A stretch of 64,000 nucleotides of DNA from an uncultured Actinomycetes bacterium (GTDB lineage Bacteria; Actinomycetota; Acidimicrobiia; IMCC26256; DASPTH01): the NCBI GenBank assembly GCA_963755855.1, contig CAVWLR010000007.1, positions 62,984 through 126,983 of the forward strand, given 5' to 3'. Shown here piece after piece: positions 39,742 through 50,579 of the stretch. The first letter of the stretch is position 1. Each line of letters opens with the position of its first letter. Under the pieces are notes generated by a model. It did not search any database. It was given only the letters and a program-made list of their open reading frames with translations, and was not told the DNA's origin. The position numbers and the translations under genes were made by a program.

Positions 39742-40074
39742 TCAGGCGGCGGGCGAGTGACGGAGGTTGAGCAGCCGACCCGACTCCGTCACGTCGAACA
39801 CCTGACGGATGGATGCCGCCGGCGACTTCACCGTCAGCGAGATGCCGTGCTCCTCGGCGAAGCGCCACGCCTCGACCAGCACCGCCACGCACGAGGAGTC
39901 GACGAGCGCGAGGTCGTCCATGTGGATGGCGATCGACGACGGGTGCTCCTTCGCCAGCGTGAGGAGCTGGTTGCGGAACTGGCCCGCGGAGGAGCGGTCC
40001 ATCGCCCCGATCAGCTCGAGGTCGACGTCACCTGCGTGACGCGCGATCGAACACGAGAACACCGTCTGCACCAT
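39742..40074 (-). CDS. STAS-domain protein (anti-sigma-factor antagonist type)
   Basis: 110-aa ORF from ATG 40074. ...LELIGAMDRSSAGQFRNQLL...IAIHMDDLALVDSSCVAVLVEAWRFAEEHGISLTV fits the SpoIIAA-like pattern. Confidence 0.7.
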   Translation of the reverse strand: MVQTVFSCSIARHAGDVDLELIGAMDRSSAGQFRNQLLTLAKEHPSSIAIHMDDLALVDSSCVAVLVEAWRFAEEHGISLTVKSPAASIRQVFDVTESGRLLNLRHSPAA

Positions 40075-40236
40075 GTCCGTGGCTCCTGGCCGGATGCGGG
40101 GGCCCCTGTGCCCGGCCCCGCCTTCGTGCAGGACTACGGCGCGCGCGCCCGAATCCTTGACGCCTTTCCGAGGGCCGCCGTCGGCGTGTGACCGACGCCA
40201 CCGCGTCGTCCGCGTCGGCCGTGCTGGACTGCGACG

Positions 40237-40839
40237 ATGGACGACCGCGACCACGGCATCCGCAGGGTGCCGTTCACGCCCGATCGCTACGACCGGCGCT
40301 GGGAAGAGCTCGCCGCCGCTGGCGCCGACGTGCACGGCGAAGCGTCGCTGGTCGCGGCCTTGGTCGACCCGGAGGCCGGCCCCGTGCTCGACGCCGGGTG
40401 CGGCACCGGGCGGGTGGCCATCGAGCTGGCCCGACGCGGTTACACCACCGTCGGCGTCGACGTCGACCCCGCGCTGCTCGACCGGGCCCGGGCCAAGGCG
40501 CCCGATCTCGCCTGGCACCTCGGCGACCTCGCCGACCTCCCGCCGACGACCGCACCGGGCCCGTTCGCCGCCGCCGTCCTCGCCGGCAACGTGATGATCT
40601 TCGTCGCGCGCGGCACCGAGCCCGCGGTGCTCGCCAACGTCGCCGCCCGCCTCGCGCCCGGCGCGTTGCTCGTCGCCGGCTTCCAGCTCACCGGCCGCCT
40701 CCCGCTCGCGGAGTACGACGCCGCCGCCGACGCCGCCGGCCTCGCGCCGGTGGCGCGCTACGCGACCTGGGACCGGGCCCCCTTCGGCGCCGGTGACGAC
40801 GCCGACGACTACGTGGTGGCCGTCGACTCGAAGCGGTAG
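40237..40839 (+). CDS. Class I SAM-dependent methyltransferase
   Basis: Motif I VLDAGCGTGRVAIELARRG. 200-aa intact ORF. Confidence 0.8.
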   Translation: MDDRDHGIRRVPFTPDRYDRRWEELAAAGADVHGEASLVAALVDPEAGPVLDAGCGTGRVAIELARRGYTTVGVDVDPALLDRARAKAPDLAWHLGDLADLPPTTAPGPFAAAVLAGNVMIFVARGTEPAVLANVAARLAPGALLVAGFQLTGRLPLAEYDAAADAAGLAPVARYATWDRAPFGAGDDADDYVVAVDSKR

Positions 40840-41520
40840 CCCATGCCCGGCTCGGTGAAGAAGTAGCGCGGCCGGCTGGGCTCGGGCTCGAGCTTGCGTC
40901 GCACGTTGGCCATGTGCACCCGCAGGTAGGCGGTCTCGTCGTGGTACTCGGGCCCCCACACCTCCTGCAGGAGCTGGCGCTGCGACACCAGCTTGCCCTG
41001 GTTGCGCACGAGCACCTCGACCAGGTGCCACTCGGTGGGGGTGAGCCGCACCTCGACCACGTCCTGGTCCGGGCCCGAGCCGTCACCCCGGAGCACACGC
41101 TTCGCCTCGAGGTCGATGGTGAAGTCGGGCGTCTCGACGACGGGTGCCTCCTCGGCCGGGGTGGCACGTCGGAGCGCGGCGCGGAGACGGGCCATCAGCT
41201 CGTCCATGCCGAACGGCTTGGTCACGTAGTCGTCGGCGCCGGCGTCGAGCGCCGACACCTTGTCGCGCTCGCCGTCGCGCACCGAGAGCACCACGATCGG
41301 GACCGTGCTCCAGCCCCGCAGGCCACGGATCACGTCGACGCCGTCGATGCCGGGCAGGCCGAGGTCGAGCACCACGACGTCGGGATGGTGACGGGCGGCG
41401 AGCGTCGAGCGCCTGCTCACCGTCGGGCGCGAGGTCGACGTCGTAACCACGGGCGCGCAGGTTGATGCCGAGGGCGCGCAGGATCTGCGGCTCGTCGTCG
41501 ACCACGAGCACCCGCGTCAT
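40809..41520 (-). pseudogene. kdpE: KdpE response regulator (OmpR family), one frame break near 41405
   Basis: MTRVLVVDDEPQILRALGINLRARGYDVDLAPDGEQAL then ...PDVVVLDLGLPGIDG...LTPTEWHLVEVLVRNQGKLVSQRQLL. Directly follows kdpD. Confidence 0.85.
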
Positions 41521-41539
41521 CGTCGTCCACCTCCGGTGC

Positions 41540-44062
41540 TCACGCGGCCTCCAGGCTGATCACCATGGTGACGCCACCGCCGGGGGTGTCCTCGACCGAC
41601 GATCCGGCCGCCCATCGCCTCGACGAACCCGCGCGCGACCGCGAGGCCCAGGCCGACGCCGCTGCCGTTCGAACGGTCGCCCAACCGTTGGAACGGCTGG
41701 AACACGTCGGCGCGCCGAGCGGGCGGGATGCCCGGGCCCCGGTCGACCACCTGCAGCTCGACCCGCTGCTGGGCCACACAGGCCTCGACCCGCACGTGCG
41801 CGGTCGCCGGCGACCACGCGATCGCGTTCTCGACCACGTTGGCGATCGCGCGCTCGAGCAGCGCGGCGTCGGCGCGCACGCGCGGCAACGTCTCGTCGAC
41901 GTCGACATCGACCCGGTCGGCCTGGGTGAGCCCGGCGATCGCGACCGGCAGCACCTCGTCGAGTCCGACGTCGCGCATCACGAGCTGCAGCGCGCCGGTC
42001 TGCAGCCGGCTCATGTCGAGCAGGTTGCCCACGAGGTGGTTGAGCCGGTCGGTGCCCTCGTCGATGGTCTCGAGCAGCTCGTGCGTGGCATCGGGGGTGA
42101 AGTCGACGTCGCGCTGCAGCAGGCTGCTGACCGACGCCTTGATCGACGACAGCGGTGTGCGCAGGTCGTGCGAGACCGCGGCGAGCAGCGCCGTGCGGAG
42201 CTCGTTGGCCTCCTCCAGTCCCTCGGCCCGCTCGGCGTCGGCCCGCAGCTCCCGTTGCTGCACCGCGATCGCGACCTGACCGGCGAACGCCTTGAGCACC
42301 TCGCGGTCGTCGTCGCCGAGCGCCTCCCCGGAGAGCACCAGCACGTCGGTCCCGTGCAACGGGACGACGACGTCGGCGTCGTCCGGGCGCGTCGGCACCG
42401 TGTCGCCGACGGACGGCGAGCACCGTCCACGTGCCGTCGTCGCTGCTCGCTCAGCACCGCGACGTGGTCGGCGTCGAAGGCCACCTGGAGCTGGCCGACG
42501 AGCTGCGGGAGCGGATCGTCGGACGCCGCCAGGGTGCCGCTCAACGCGGCCAGGGTCTCGGCCTCGGCGCGCGCCCGCGCCGCGTCGGCGGTTCGGCGCG
42601 ACGCGGTGGCCACGAGGAGGCTCACCACTCCGCCGACCAGGAGGAAGATCACCAGCGCGACCAGGTTCTCGCCCTCGGAGATCGTGAACTCGTAGTACGG
42701 CGGTGTGAAGAACCAGTTCGCGAGCAGGAAGCCCGTGACCGCGCACACGAACGCGGGGACGAACCCACCGAGCGCGGCGACCACCACGACGATCAGGAGG
42801 AACATCAGCAGCTCGCTCGGGAGCGAGAACGCGTCGCGCAGGTTGGCCAGCACGAGCGTGAGCAGCGGCGGTGCGAGGATCGCCAGCGTCCACGCCACGA
42901 TCCGGCGGCGTGGCGCCAACACGGCCCCCCGTGGCCGACGCGGCGCGGTCTCGACCGCATCGCGCTCGGGGGCGTCGTCGCGTTCGGGGTCGGACGAGAT
43001 CACGTGGACGTCGATGTCGCCCGACGCGCGGAGCACGTTGGTGATCACCGAGCCGCGCAGCAGGTGCGTCCAGCGCGACTGCCGGCTCGCCCCCAGCACG
43101 ATCTGGGTCGCGTTCTCGGCCCGGGCGAACTGCACCAACGTCGTCGCCGGGTCGGCGCTCGCGAGCTCGTGGTACTCGCCGCCGAGCTCCTGCAGGAGCG
43201 CCCGCTGCACACCGAGTGCGTCACCGGTGGGACCCCGGAGGCCGTCGGCGGACCGGATGTGGACCCCGAGGAGCTGGCTGCGGGCGCGCGCGGCCATGCG
43301 CGCCGCCCGGCGGATCACGTCGTCACCACCCGGCGCGCCGGTGATCGCGACGACGACGCGCTCACGCGTCTCCCACGGGCGCGCGATCCCGTGCGGTCTC
43401 GCGGTAGACGGCCAGCGCTTCGTCGACCCGGTCGGCGACCCACATGAGCGCGAGCTCGCGCAGCGCGCCGAGGTTGCCCTCGCGGAAGTAGTTCGCCAGC
43501 GAGGCGTCGACCTTCTCGGCCGGGTAGATGTTGCCGTGCGCCATCCGCCGCCGCAGCGCCTGCGGCGTCATGTCGACGATCTCGATCTGGTCGGCCGCCC
43601 GCACCACCGAGTCGGGGACCGTCTCCCGCTGCTTGATGCCGGTGATCTCCTCGACCACGTCGTTCATCGACTCGAGGTGCTGCACGTTGACGGTGGAGAT
43701 CACGTCGATCCCCGCGGCGAGGATCTCGCTCGACGTCCTGCCAGCGCTTCTCGTTGCGCGAGCCGGGCACGTTGGTGTGCGCGAGCTCGTCGACCAGCGC
43801 AACCTCCGGCGCACGCGCGATCACCGCGTCGACGTCCATCTCCTCGAACTCGCGCGCCGCGATGGACCATCGCCCGCCGGGGCAGGACCTCGAGCGCCCC
43901 GATCTGCGCCTGCGGTGTTCGGGACGACCGTGGGTCTCGACGAACCCGACCACGACGTCGGTCCCGCGATTCGCCGCGCCGCGCGCCCTCGTTGAGCATC
44001 GCGAACGTCTTGCCGACGCCGGGCGCCGCACCGAGGTAGATGCGCAACGTGCCGCGAGCCAT
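41540..44062 (-). pseudogene. kdpD: KdpD sensor histidine kinase, frame broken about 8 times
   Basis: MARGTLRIYLGAAPGVGKTFAML, a USP-like middle region, a DUF4118 TM block, the H-box AAVSHDLRTPLSSI, and ...GVGLGLAVARGFVEAMGGRIVVEDTPGGGVTMVISLEAA. Segments are spread over ORFs 43700, 43315, 43362, 42011, 41517 and 41540. Confidence 0.85.
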
Positions 44063-44094
44063 GGTCGAAGCCTACGGAGTCCTGCGCGTGGCGA

Positions 44095-44712
44095 TCACGA
44101 GCGCAGACGATCGAGCGCCCGGTTGAGGGCGAGCACGTTGACCGTCTTCTCGCCGAGGATCCCGAGCGTGCGATCGGAGGTGTTGTCGTCGATCGCCTGC
44201 TGCACCTTCGCCAGCGGGATCCCCCGCTCGGCCGCGATGCGCTTCGCCTGCAGCCGCGCGTTCGCCACCGAGATGTCGGGGTCCAAGCCCGACGCCGACG
44301 CGGTCACCGCGTCGACCGGGACCTTCACGTTCGCGCCGAGCCCGTTGAGCTTCCGGTACGCCTTCACCCGGTCGCCGACCAGCTTCAGGAAGTCGGGGTT
44401 CGTCGGTCCGAGGTTCGAGCCGCTGCTGTAGGTCGGGTCGTAGCCGGCGGTCGTGTCGCCGGACGCGCCCACCGCCGCCGACGGCCGGGACTGGAAGTAC
44501 TTCGCGATCGGCGTGCCCTTGGCGTCGGTGAAGGCCTGGCCGATGAGCGAGGAGCCGATCTTCTTCCCGTGCTGCTCCACGATCGATCCTTCGGCCTGGT
44601 CGTGGAAGGCGACCTGACCGATGCCGGTGATCACGAGCGGGAACACCAGCCCGAAGAGGACGGTGAACACCACCATCGAGATGACGGCCGGGACGAGTTG
44701 ACGACGCATCAC
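44095..44712 (-). CDS. kdpC: Potassium-transporting ATPase subunit C
   Basis: Intact 205-aa ORF. Single N-terminal TM. ...[10 protein letters not shown]...SGLDPDIS... are KdpC hallmarks. Overlaps the kdpB stop. Confidence 0.9.
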   Translation of the reverse strand: MMRRQLVPAVISMVVFTVLFGLVFPLVITGIGQVAFHDQAEGSIVEQHGKKIGSSLIGQAFTDAKGTPIAKYFQSRPSAAVGASGDTTAGYDPTYSSGSNLGPTNPDFLKLVGDRVKAYRKLNGLGANVKVPVDAVTASASGLDPDISVANARLQAKRIAAERGIPLAKVQQAIDDNTSDRTLGILGEKTVNVLALNRALDRLRS

Positions 44713-46766
44713 TTCACCCCCAGTGCCGTGAGCACCATGTCGATGAGCTTGATCCCGATGAACGGCGCGATGACTCCGCCGGCTCCGTAGATCAACAGGT
44801 TCCGGCGCAGCAGCTGCGCGGCGCCGGTCGGGACGAACTTCACGCCCCGCAGCGCGAGCGGGATCAGCATCACGATGATCAGGGCGTTGAAGATGACCGC
44901 CGCGAGGATCGCCGACCGCGGGCTCTGCAGATCCATCACGTTGAGGTCGTTGAGCACGCTCACGCTGGCGAAGCCCGCGAACATCGCCGGGATGATGGCG
45001 AAGTACTTCGCCACGTCGTTGGCGATCGAGAACGTGGTGAGCGAACCGCGCGTGATGAGCAGCTGCTTGCCGATCTCGACGATGTCGATGAGCTTCGTCG
45101 GGTCGGAGTCGAGGTCGACCATGTTCCCGGCTTCCTTGGCCGCCTGCGTGCCGGTGTTCATGGCCACACCGACGTCGGCCTGCGCGAGCGCAGGGGCGTC
45201 GTTGGTGCCGTCGCCGGTCATCGCGACCAGGTGGCCGCCGCGCTGCTCGGCCTTGATCAGCTCCATCTTGTCCTCGGGCGTCGCCTCGGCGAGGAAGTCG
45301 TCGACGCCCGCCTCCTGTGCGATCACGGCCGCGGTGCGCGGGTTGTCACCAGTGATCATCACCGTGCGGATGCCCATGCGACGCAGGTCGGCGAAGCGCT
45401 CGGCGATGCCCGGCTTCACGATGTCCTTGAGGTAGATCACCCCGAGGGCACGCGGCGGGCGCACCTCCGCCGCGCGCCCTCGGCGACCACGAGCGGTGTG
45501 CCTCCCAGCGCCGAGATCTCGTCGACCGCCTCGCCGAGCTCGGACGACGCCACACCCCCCTGCTCCTCGACCCACCGCCGCACCGAGTCGGCAGCACCCT
45601 TGCGCACCACCCGGCCGTCGATGTCGACGCCGCTCATGCGGGTCTGGGCGGTGAACGGGATGAGCTCGGCGCCCACGAGCTCGCGCTCGCGCAGCCCGTA
45701 GCGCTCCTTCGCCAGCACGACGATGGACCGGCCCTCGGGCGTCTCGTCGGCCAGGCTCGAGAGCTGGGCGGCGTCGGCGAGCTCCTGCTCGCTCACGCCG
45801 TCGACCGGGAGGAACGCGTCGGCCTGGCGGTTGCCGAAGGTGATCGTGCCGGTCTTGTCGAGGAGGAGCGTGGCGCAGTCGCCCGCGGCCTCGACCGCGC
45901 GACCGCTCATCGCCAGCACGTTGCGCCGCACGAGGCGGTCCATGCCCGCGATGCCGATCGCCGACAGCAGGCCACCGATCGTCGTCGGGATCAGGCACAC
46001 CAGCAGCGCCACCAGCACGATCACGCTCTGCTCGGCGCCGGCGTAGATCGCGAACGGCTGCAGCGTGACCGTGGCGAGCAGGAAGATGATGGTGAGGCCC
46101 GCCAACAGGATGTTGAGCGCGATCTCGTTGGGCGTCTTCTTGCGCTCGGAGCCTTCGACGAGGGCGATCATCCGGTCGATGAACGTCTCGCCGGCACGCG
46201 CGGTGATGCGCACGACGATCTCGTCGGAGAGCACGCGCGTGCCCCCGGTGACCGCCGAGCGGTCCCCGCCGGATTCCCGGATCACCGGTGCGGACTCGCC
46301 GGTGATCGCCGACTCGTCGACGCTGGCGATGCCTTCGATGATCTCCCCGTCGCTGGGGATGATCTCGCCCGCGGTGACGACGACACTCGTCGTCGAGGTC
46401 GAGCGCCGTGCTGGGCACCTCCTCGATGAGATCTCCCACACGCCGGCGGGCGACGGTCTCCGAGCGCGTCTTGCGCAGCGTGTCGGCCTGGGCCTTGCCC
46501 CGGCCTTCGGCCACCGCCTCCGCGAAGTTGGCGAAGAGCACGGTGAACCAGAGGAACAGCGCCACCAGGCCGGCGAACACGTTCTCGTCGTGCGTCGACG
46601 AGCCGAGGTCCTTGAAGAACAGGATCGTGGTGAGCACCGAACCGACGCCGACCACGAACATCACCGGGTTCTTCATCAAGGTTCTCGGGTTGAGCTTGAT
46701 GATGCTGTCGCCGACCGCCCGCTTGAGGATCTCGGGTTCGACCAGCTTGCGCTTCTCGTCAGTCAT
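44709..46766 (-). pseudogene. kdpB: Potassium-transporting P-type ATPase subunit B, two compensating frame breaks (near 46395 and 45460)
   Basis: Contains [20 protein letters not shown] and [16 protein letters not shown]. The middle third reads in the ORF 45437..46441 frame. Confidence 0.9.
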
Positions 46767-46782
46767 CCGAATGGCTCCCGAC

Positions 46783-48507
46783 TCAGTGGAGGATCTTGAG
46801 CTGCTCGACGATGGGGCCGAGCGCCAGGGACGGAAGGAAGGTCAGGGCGCCGACGATCACGATCACGCCGATCACCAGCACCACGAACAGCGGCGTGTGC
46901 GTCGGGAACGTCCCCGCCGAGGGCGGCACCCTCTTCTTGCGCACGAGCGAACCCGCGAGCGCGAGCGTCGGGATGATCAGGAAGAAGCGGCCGAACAGCA
47001 TCACGATGGCGAGGGTGTTGTTCATCCACGCGGTGTTGCCGGTGAGGCCGGCGAACGCCGAACCGTTGTTGTTGCCCGCCGAGGTGAACGCGTAGAGCAG
47101 CTCGCTGAAGCCGTGGGCGCCGGGGTTGAAGATCGAAGTGTTCTTCACCGATCCCACGAACACCGAGCCCGGCGGTGAAGCCCGAGCACGATCACCGGCA
47201 TCACCAGGATGTAGATGGCCACCAGCTTCACGTCGGACGCCTGGATCTTCTTGCCCAGGTACTCCGGTGTTCGTCCGACCATCAGGCCGGCGATGAACAC
47301 GGCGAGGATCGCCATGACGAGCAGCCCGTTGAGCCCGACGCCGACACCTCCCGGGCTCATCTCGCCGAGCTTCATGTTGACCATGGCGACCAGCCCGCCG
47401 GCCGGCGTGTAGCTGTCGTGCATCGAGTTGACCGAGCCGTTCGACGTCCCGGTGGTGGACGAGCCCCACGAGCGCGGAGGACGCGGCGCCGAACCGCAGC
47501 TCCTTGCCCTCGAGGTTGCCGCCGGGTGACGTGCCGGTGACGGTCTGGGTCACGCCCTGGGCGTCGAGCTTCTGGTTGCCGCCGGTCTCCAGGTACTGGA
47601 GCGTGACCGCGGCGCCGAACCAGAGGACGGCCATCACCGCGACCACCGCGTAGCCCTGGCGCTTGTCCTTCACCATGCGCCCGAAGGTGAACGCGAGGGC
47701 GAACGGGATGATCAGGATCGAGTAGAGCTCGAGGAAGTCGCTGAACTTCGTCGGGTTCTCGAACGGGTGGGCCGAGTTCACGTTGAAGAACCCGCCACCG
47801 TTGGTGCCGAGCATCTTGATCGACTCCTGGCTGGCCACCGGCCCGCCCGGGATCTTCTGCGTGGCGCCGGCGACGGTGTGCACGTCGGTGAAGCCGTGGA
47901 GGTTCTGGATCACGCCGGTGGCGATCAGCACGATCGCGAACACGAACGCGATCGGGAGCAGGATGCGCAGGGCGGTGCGGATGAGGTCGACCCAGAAGTT
48001 GCCGATCGGTGCGCTGACCGGCCCGGGACAGTCCCCGGATCAGCGCCACCATGACCGCCATGCCGGCCGCGGCGGACACGAAGTTCTGGACCGTCAGCCC
48101 GACCATCTGCGTGAGGTGGCTGAGCGTCGTCTCGCCGCGCGTAGCTCTGCCAGTTGGTGTTGGTGACGAAGCTGACCGCGGTGTTGAACGCCAGCGCGGG
48201 CGTGACGTTCACCATGTCGGTCGGGTTGAACGGCAGGCTGCTCTGGAGCCGCTGCATCACGTAGAGCAGCAGCACGCCGACGACGCTGAACGCCAGGAAC
48301 GACAGCGCGTAGATGTTCCAGCGCTGCTCGCGCTCGGGATCGATGCGGCAGAGCCGGTAGAAGACGCGCTCGACCGGCCCGAACACGCGGTCGAGGCGCG
48401 ACGGTCCACCCTCGTAGACGTGCGCGATGTAGCGGCCCAGCGGCGGCGCGGTGACCGCGAGCAGGACGATCAGTGCGATGAGCTGGCCCCACGCGGCGAA
48501 GCGTCAT
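46783..48507 (-). pseudogene. kdpA: Potassium-transporting ATPase subunit A, frame broken about 5 times
   Basis: Fragments ...RVFGPVERVFYRLCRIDPEREQRWNIYA..., ...[18 protein letters not shown]..., ...[11 protein letters not shown]...[20 protein letters not shown]..., ...[21 protein letters not shown]... and ...FTSAGNNNGSAFAGL... The ATG overlaps the kdpF TGA. Confidence 0.85.
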
Positions 48508-48597
48508 CAGAACCTCTCGGGGAAGAGCAGGGCGGCGACGAGGTACACGGCGAGCAGCACCGCGAGGACCAAGCCCGACGATGTTCTCGGTGTTCAT
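48507..48597 (-). pseudogene. kdpF: KdpF (29-aa subunit), one extra base
   Basis: Removing one G in CTTGGTCC gives MNTENIVGLVLAVLLAVYLVAALLFPERF followed by TGATG coupling to kdpA. The span is 91 nt, one more than a multiple of 3. Confidence 0.7.
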
Positions 48598-48755
48598 CGG
48601 GCCACCACCTCGTCGGGCAGCTCGGCGCCGGTCGCGCCGGCCTCGTCGAGGAGCTCGTGCTCGTCGGGACCGATGATCCGGTCACAGCCCCACACGAACG
48701 CGACGCACACGCCGAAGAACGCCAGCGTCGCCACCACGACCCACAGATCTGCCAT
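48594..48755 (-). CDS. Hypothetical 53-aa single-TM protein coupled to kdpF
   Basis: MADLWVVVATLAFFGVCVAFVWGCDRIIGPDEHELLDEAGATGAELPDEVVAR. GAGAGGA lies upstream. The stop overlaps the kdpF ATG (ATGA). Confidence 0.4.
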   Translation of the reverse strand: MADLWVVVATLAFFGVCVAFVWGCDRIIGPDEHELLDEAGATGAELPDEVVAR

Positions 48756-48831
48756 GTCCGGTCCTCTCGCAGTCACCGGCGCAACACCGGGTGACCCAGT
48801 CGTACGCCCCACTCGAGGGCCCCGGAAGGGC

Positions 48832-48868
48832 CTTGATGCCTTCTTGACGCGCGTGCCCCGAACCTTGA
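48832..48868. promoter_or_regulatory. Three phased CTTGA direct repeats upstream of the kdp operon (candidate KdpE site)
   Basis: CTTGA at 48832, 48843 and 48864 (spacing 11 and 21 nt), in the 160-bp region between the first kdp-operon ORF and the divergent DUF4118 gene. Confidence 0.3.
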
Positions 48869-48914
48869 CGCCGCGTGGATGTCACTCCGGAGCGCGCAGG
48901 CGTACAACGGAGAC

Positions 48915-49677
48915 ATGGCACGACGAACCCCTGCTCCGGACGACATGTCCCGGGCCTTCGGGCTCACGATCGCGGCGTTCGGCCCGCTCCTGGTGGCCGG
49001 ACTGCTCGTGCCCATTCCGCGACGACCTCGCCAGCGCCAACGTCGTGCTGGTGTACGTGCTCGTCGTGGTGTGTCGGAGCGGCCGTCGGGACCCGCTGGA
49101 GCGGCGCCCTCACGGCGGTGGTCGCTGCGATGTCGTTCGACTTCTTCTTCACCCGGCCGTACCAGTCGCTGAAGATCGACAACGCCAACGATCTCGAGCA
49201 CGACGCTGCTGCTCCTCGCGATCGGCCTCGTCGTCGCCGAGCTGGTCGCCTTCACCCGACGCCATCGAGCGCACGCGGCGACGCGCGGCGACGAGATCCA
49301 GATGCTGCGTCGCACCGCCGAGATGGTGGCGTCGGGCGCGAAGCCCGAGCGAGGTCCTCGAGACCGTGCGGGGCGAGCTCGTCGTGCTGCTCTCCCTCCT
49401 CGAGTGCCGCTACGAGGCCGCGCCGTTCGTCTCGTCGCTGCCCCGGATCGAGCGCACCGGCGCCATCGAGGGCGAGCACCGGCGGTGGATCGGCGGCGAG
49501 TTCACCCTCCCGGGGCTCGGCGCCGAGATCCCGGTCGTGGCGCGCGGCCGCACCTACGGTCGTTTCGTCCTGATCCCCGACCTCTCGATGGGCGTCTCGA
49601 TCGAGGAGCGCATCGTGGCCGTGGCGCTGGTCGACCAGCTCGGGGCTGCACTCGCCACCGATGCATCCGCTGCGTGA
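48915..49677 (+). pseudogene. Stand-alone DUF4118 (KdpD-type membrane domain) protein, frame broken about 4 times
   Basis: ...FGLTIAAFGPLLVAGLLVPFRDDLASANVVLVYVLVVV / AAVGTRWSGALTAVVAAMSFDFFFTRPYQSL / TTLLLLAIGLVVAELVAF..., then a soluble C-terminal domain. Breaks near 49010, 49070, 49200 and 49345. Confidence 0.6.
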
Positions 49678-49708
49678 TCGAGCGGGCGGTGACGCCGCAG
49701 CAGGCGCC

Positions 49709-50075
49709 TCAGAACAGGCCGGCGAGCGCGAAGCCGGCGGCCGCGGCCGCGAGCCCCATCGCGACGCTGCCCAACGCGTTCACGAGCGCGGCGCGCGTCG
49801 CGCCCGACTCGAGCAGACCGAAGGTGTCGTAGGAGAACGACGAGAACGTGGTGTACGCGCCGATGAAGCCGGTGCCCACCACGGTGCGCACGTCGGGATC
49901 GAGGCCCTGGTACGTCAGCGAGTCCGACGATCAGCCCGAGCGCGAACGAACCGGAGACGTTGACGACCACGGTGCCGTACGGGAAGCGCGATGCAGCTCG
50001 CGACTGCACCGCCTCGTGCACGCCGTAGCGACCGACCGCTCCCAGCGCTCCCGCGAGCGCGACCCACCAGACCAT
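49709..50075 (-). pseudogene. crcB: Fluoride channel CrcB/Fluc (downstream copy), one frame break near 49920
   Basis: MVWWVALAGALGAVGRYGV...FPYGTVVVNVSGSFALG then ...VGTGFIGAYTTFSSFSYD.... Confidence 0.8.
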
Positions 50076-50137
50076 CAGTCGCGGGCCCAGTCGCGGGCCC
50101 AGTCGCGGGCCCAGTCGCGGGCCCAGTCGCGCCGCAT
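50075..50137 (-). repeat. 12-nt tandem repeat (4 perfect and 1 imperfect copy) forming a 20-codon bridging mini-ORF MRR(DWAR)4D
   Basis: Plus strand: CAGTCGCGGGCC x4 at 50076-50123, plus CAGTCGCGCCGC. The minus-strand ATG overlaps the crcB1 TGA, and its TGA overlaps the crcB2 ATG. Confidence 0.85.
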
Positions 50138-50569
50138 CAGTCGTCGTGCTCGGCGTCGAACGCAGGACCGCGTCGCCGGCCCAGTGCACGTGCGGCGTTG
50201 ACCCCGAGCATGATCGCGAGGAGTCCGGCGGCGAGGCTGACGACCAGGTACAGGACTGCGACACCTGCGTCGCCGTCGCGGGTCAGCAGGACGCTCTCCA
50301 CCATCCACGTGGAGAAGGTCGTCAGGCCACCGCAGAAGCCGACCGCGACGAACGCGCGCGCGGCTCCGCCGGCGCCGTGCGGAAGAGGTGAGCACCACGA
50401 CCGTGACACCGAGCAGGAACGTCCCGACCATGTTGGCCATGAACGTGGCCCACGGGAAGTGCCCGGAGGCGACCGGTTCCGCGAGCGCGAGCTCGTAGCG
50501 TCCCACCGTGCCGAGTGCCCCACCGACCGCCACTGCGGCGACGATCCATGCGCGCTGCGTCGTGGCCAC
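50137..50569 (-). pseudogene. crcB: Fluoride channel CrcB/Fluc (upstream copy), one frame break near 50390
   Basis: VATTQRAWIVAAVAVGGALGTVGRYEL...FPWATFMANMVGTFLLG then ...VAVGFCGGLTTFSTWMVE.... GTG begins 10 nt after the MFS stop. Confidence 0.8.
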
Positions 50570-50579
50570 CGCGCAGACG

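Noticed and set aside
48756-48914. c-di-AMP (ydaO-type) riboswitch in the kdp leader
   Set aside because: The leader is short. I could not find the pseudo-symmetric conserved ACGGGG/CCCG-type blocks I remember for that class. A covariance-model scan would be needed to be certain.
50076-50135. CRISPR array (also considered for 5229-5280 and 26309-26357)
   Set aside because: The repeat units are 12-13 nt and directly abutting with no spacers. No cas genes are in the window.
50570-50579. Fluoride riboswitch upstream of crcB
   Set aside because: Only 10 nt separate the MFS stop codon from the crcB start, so an aptamer cannot fit. Nothing resembling the crcB motif was seen in the MFS 3-prime end.
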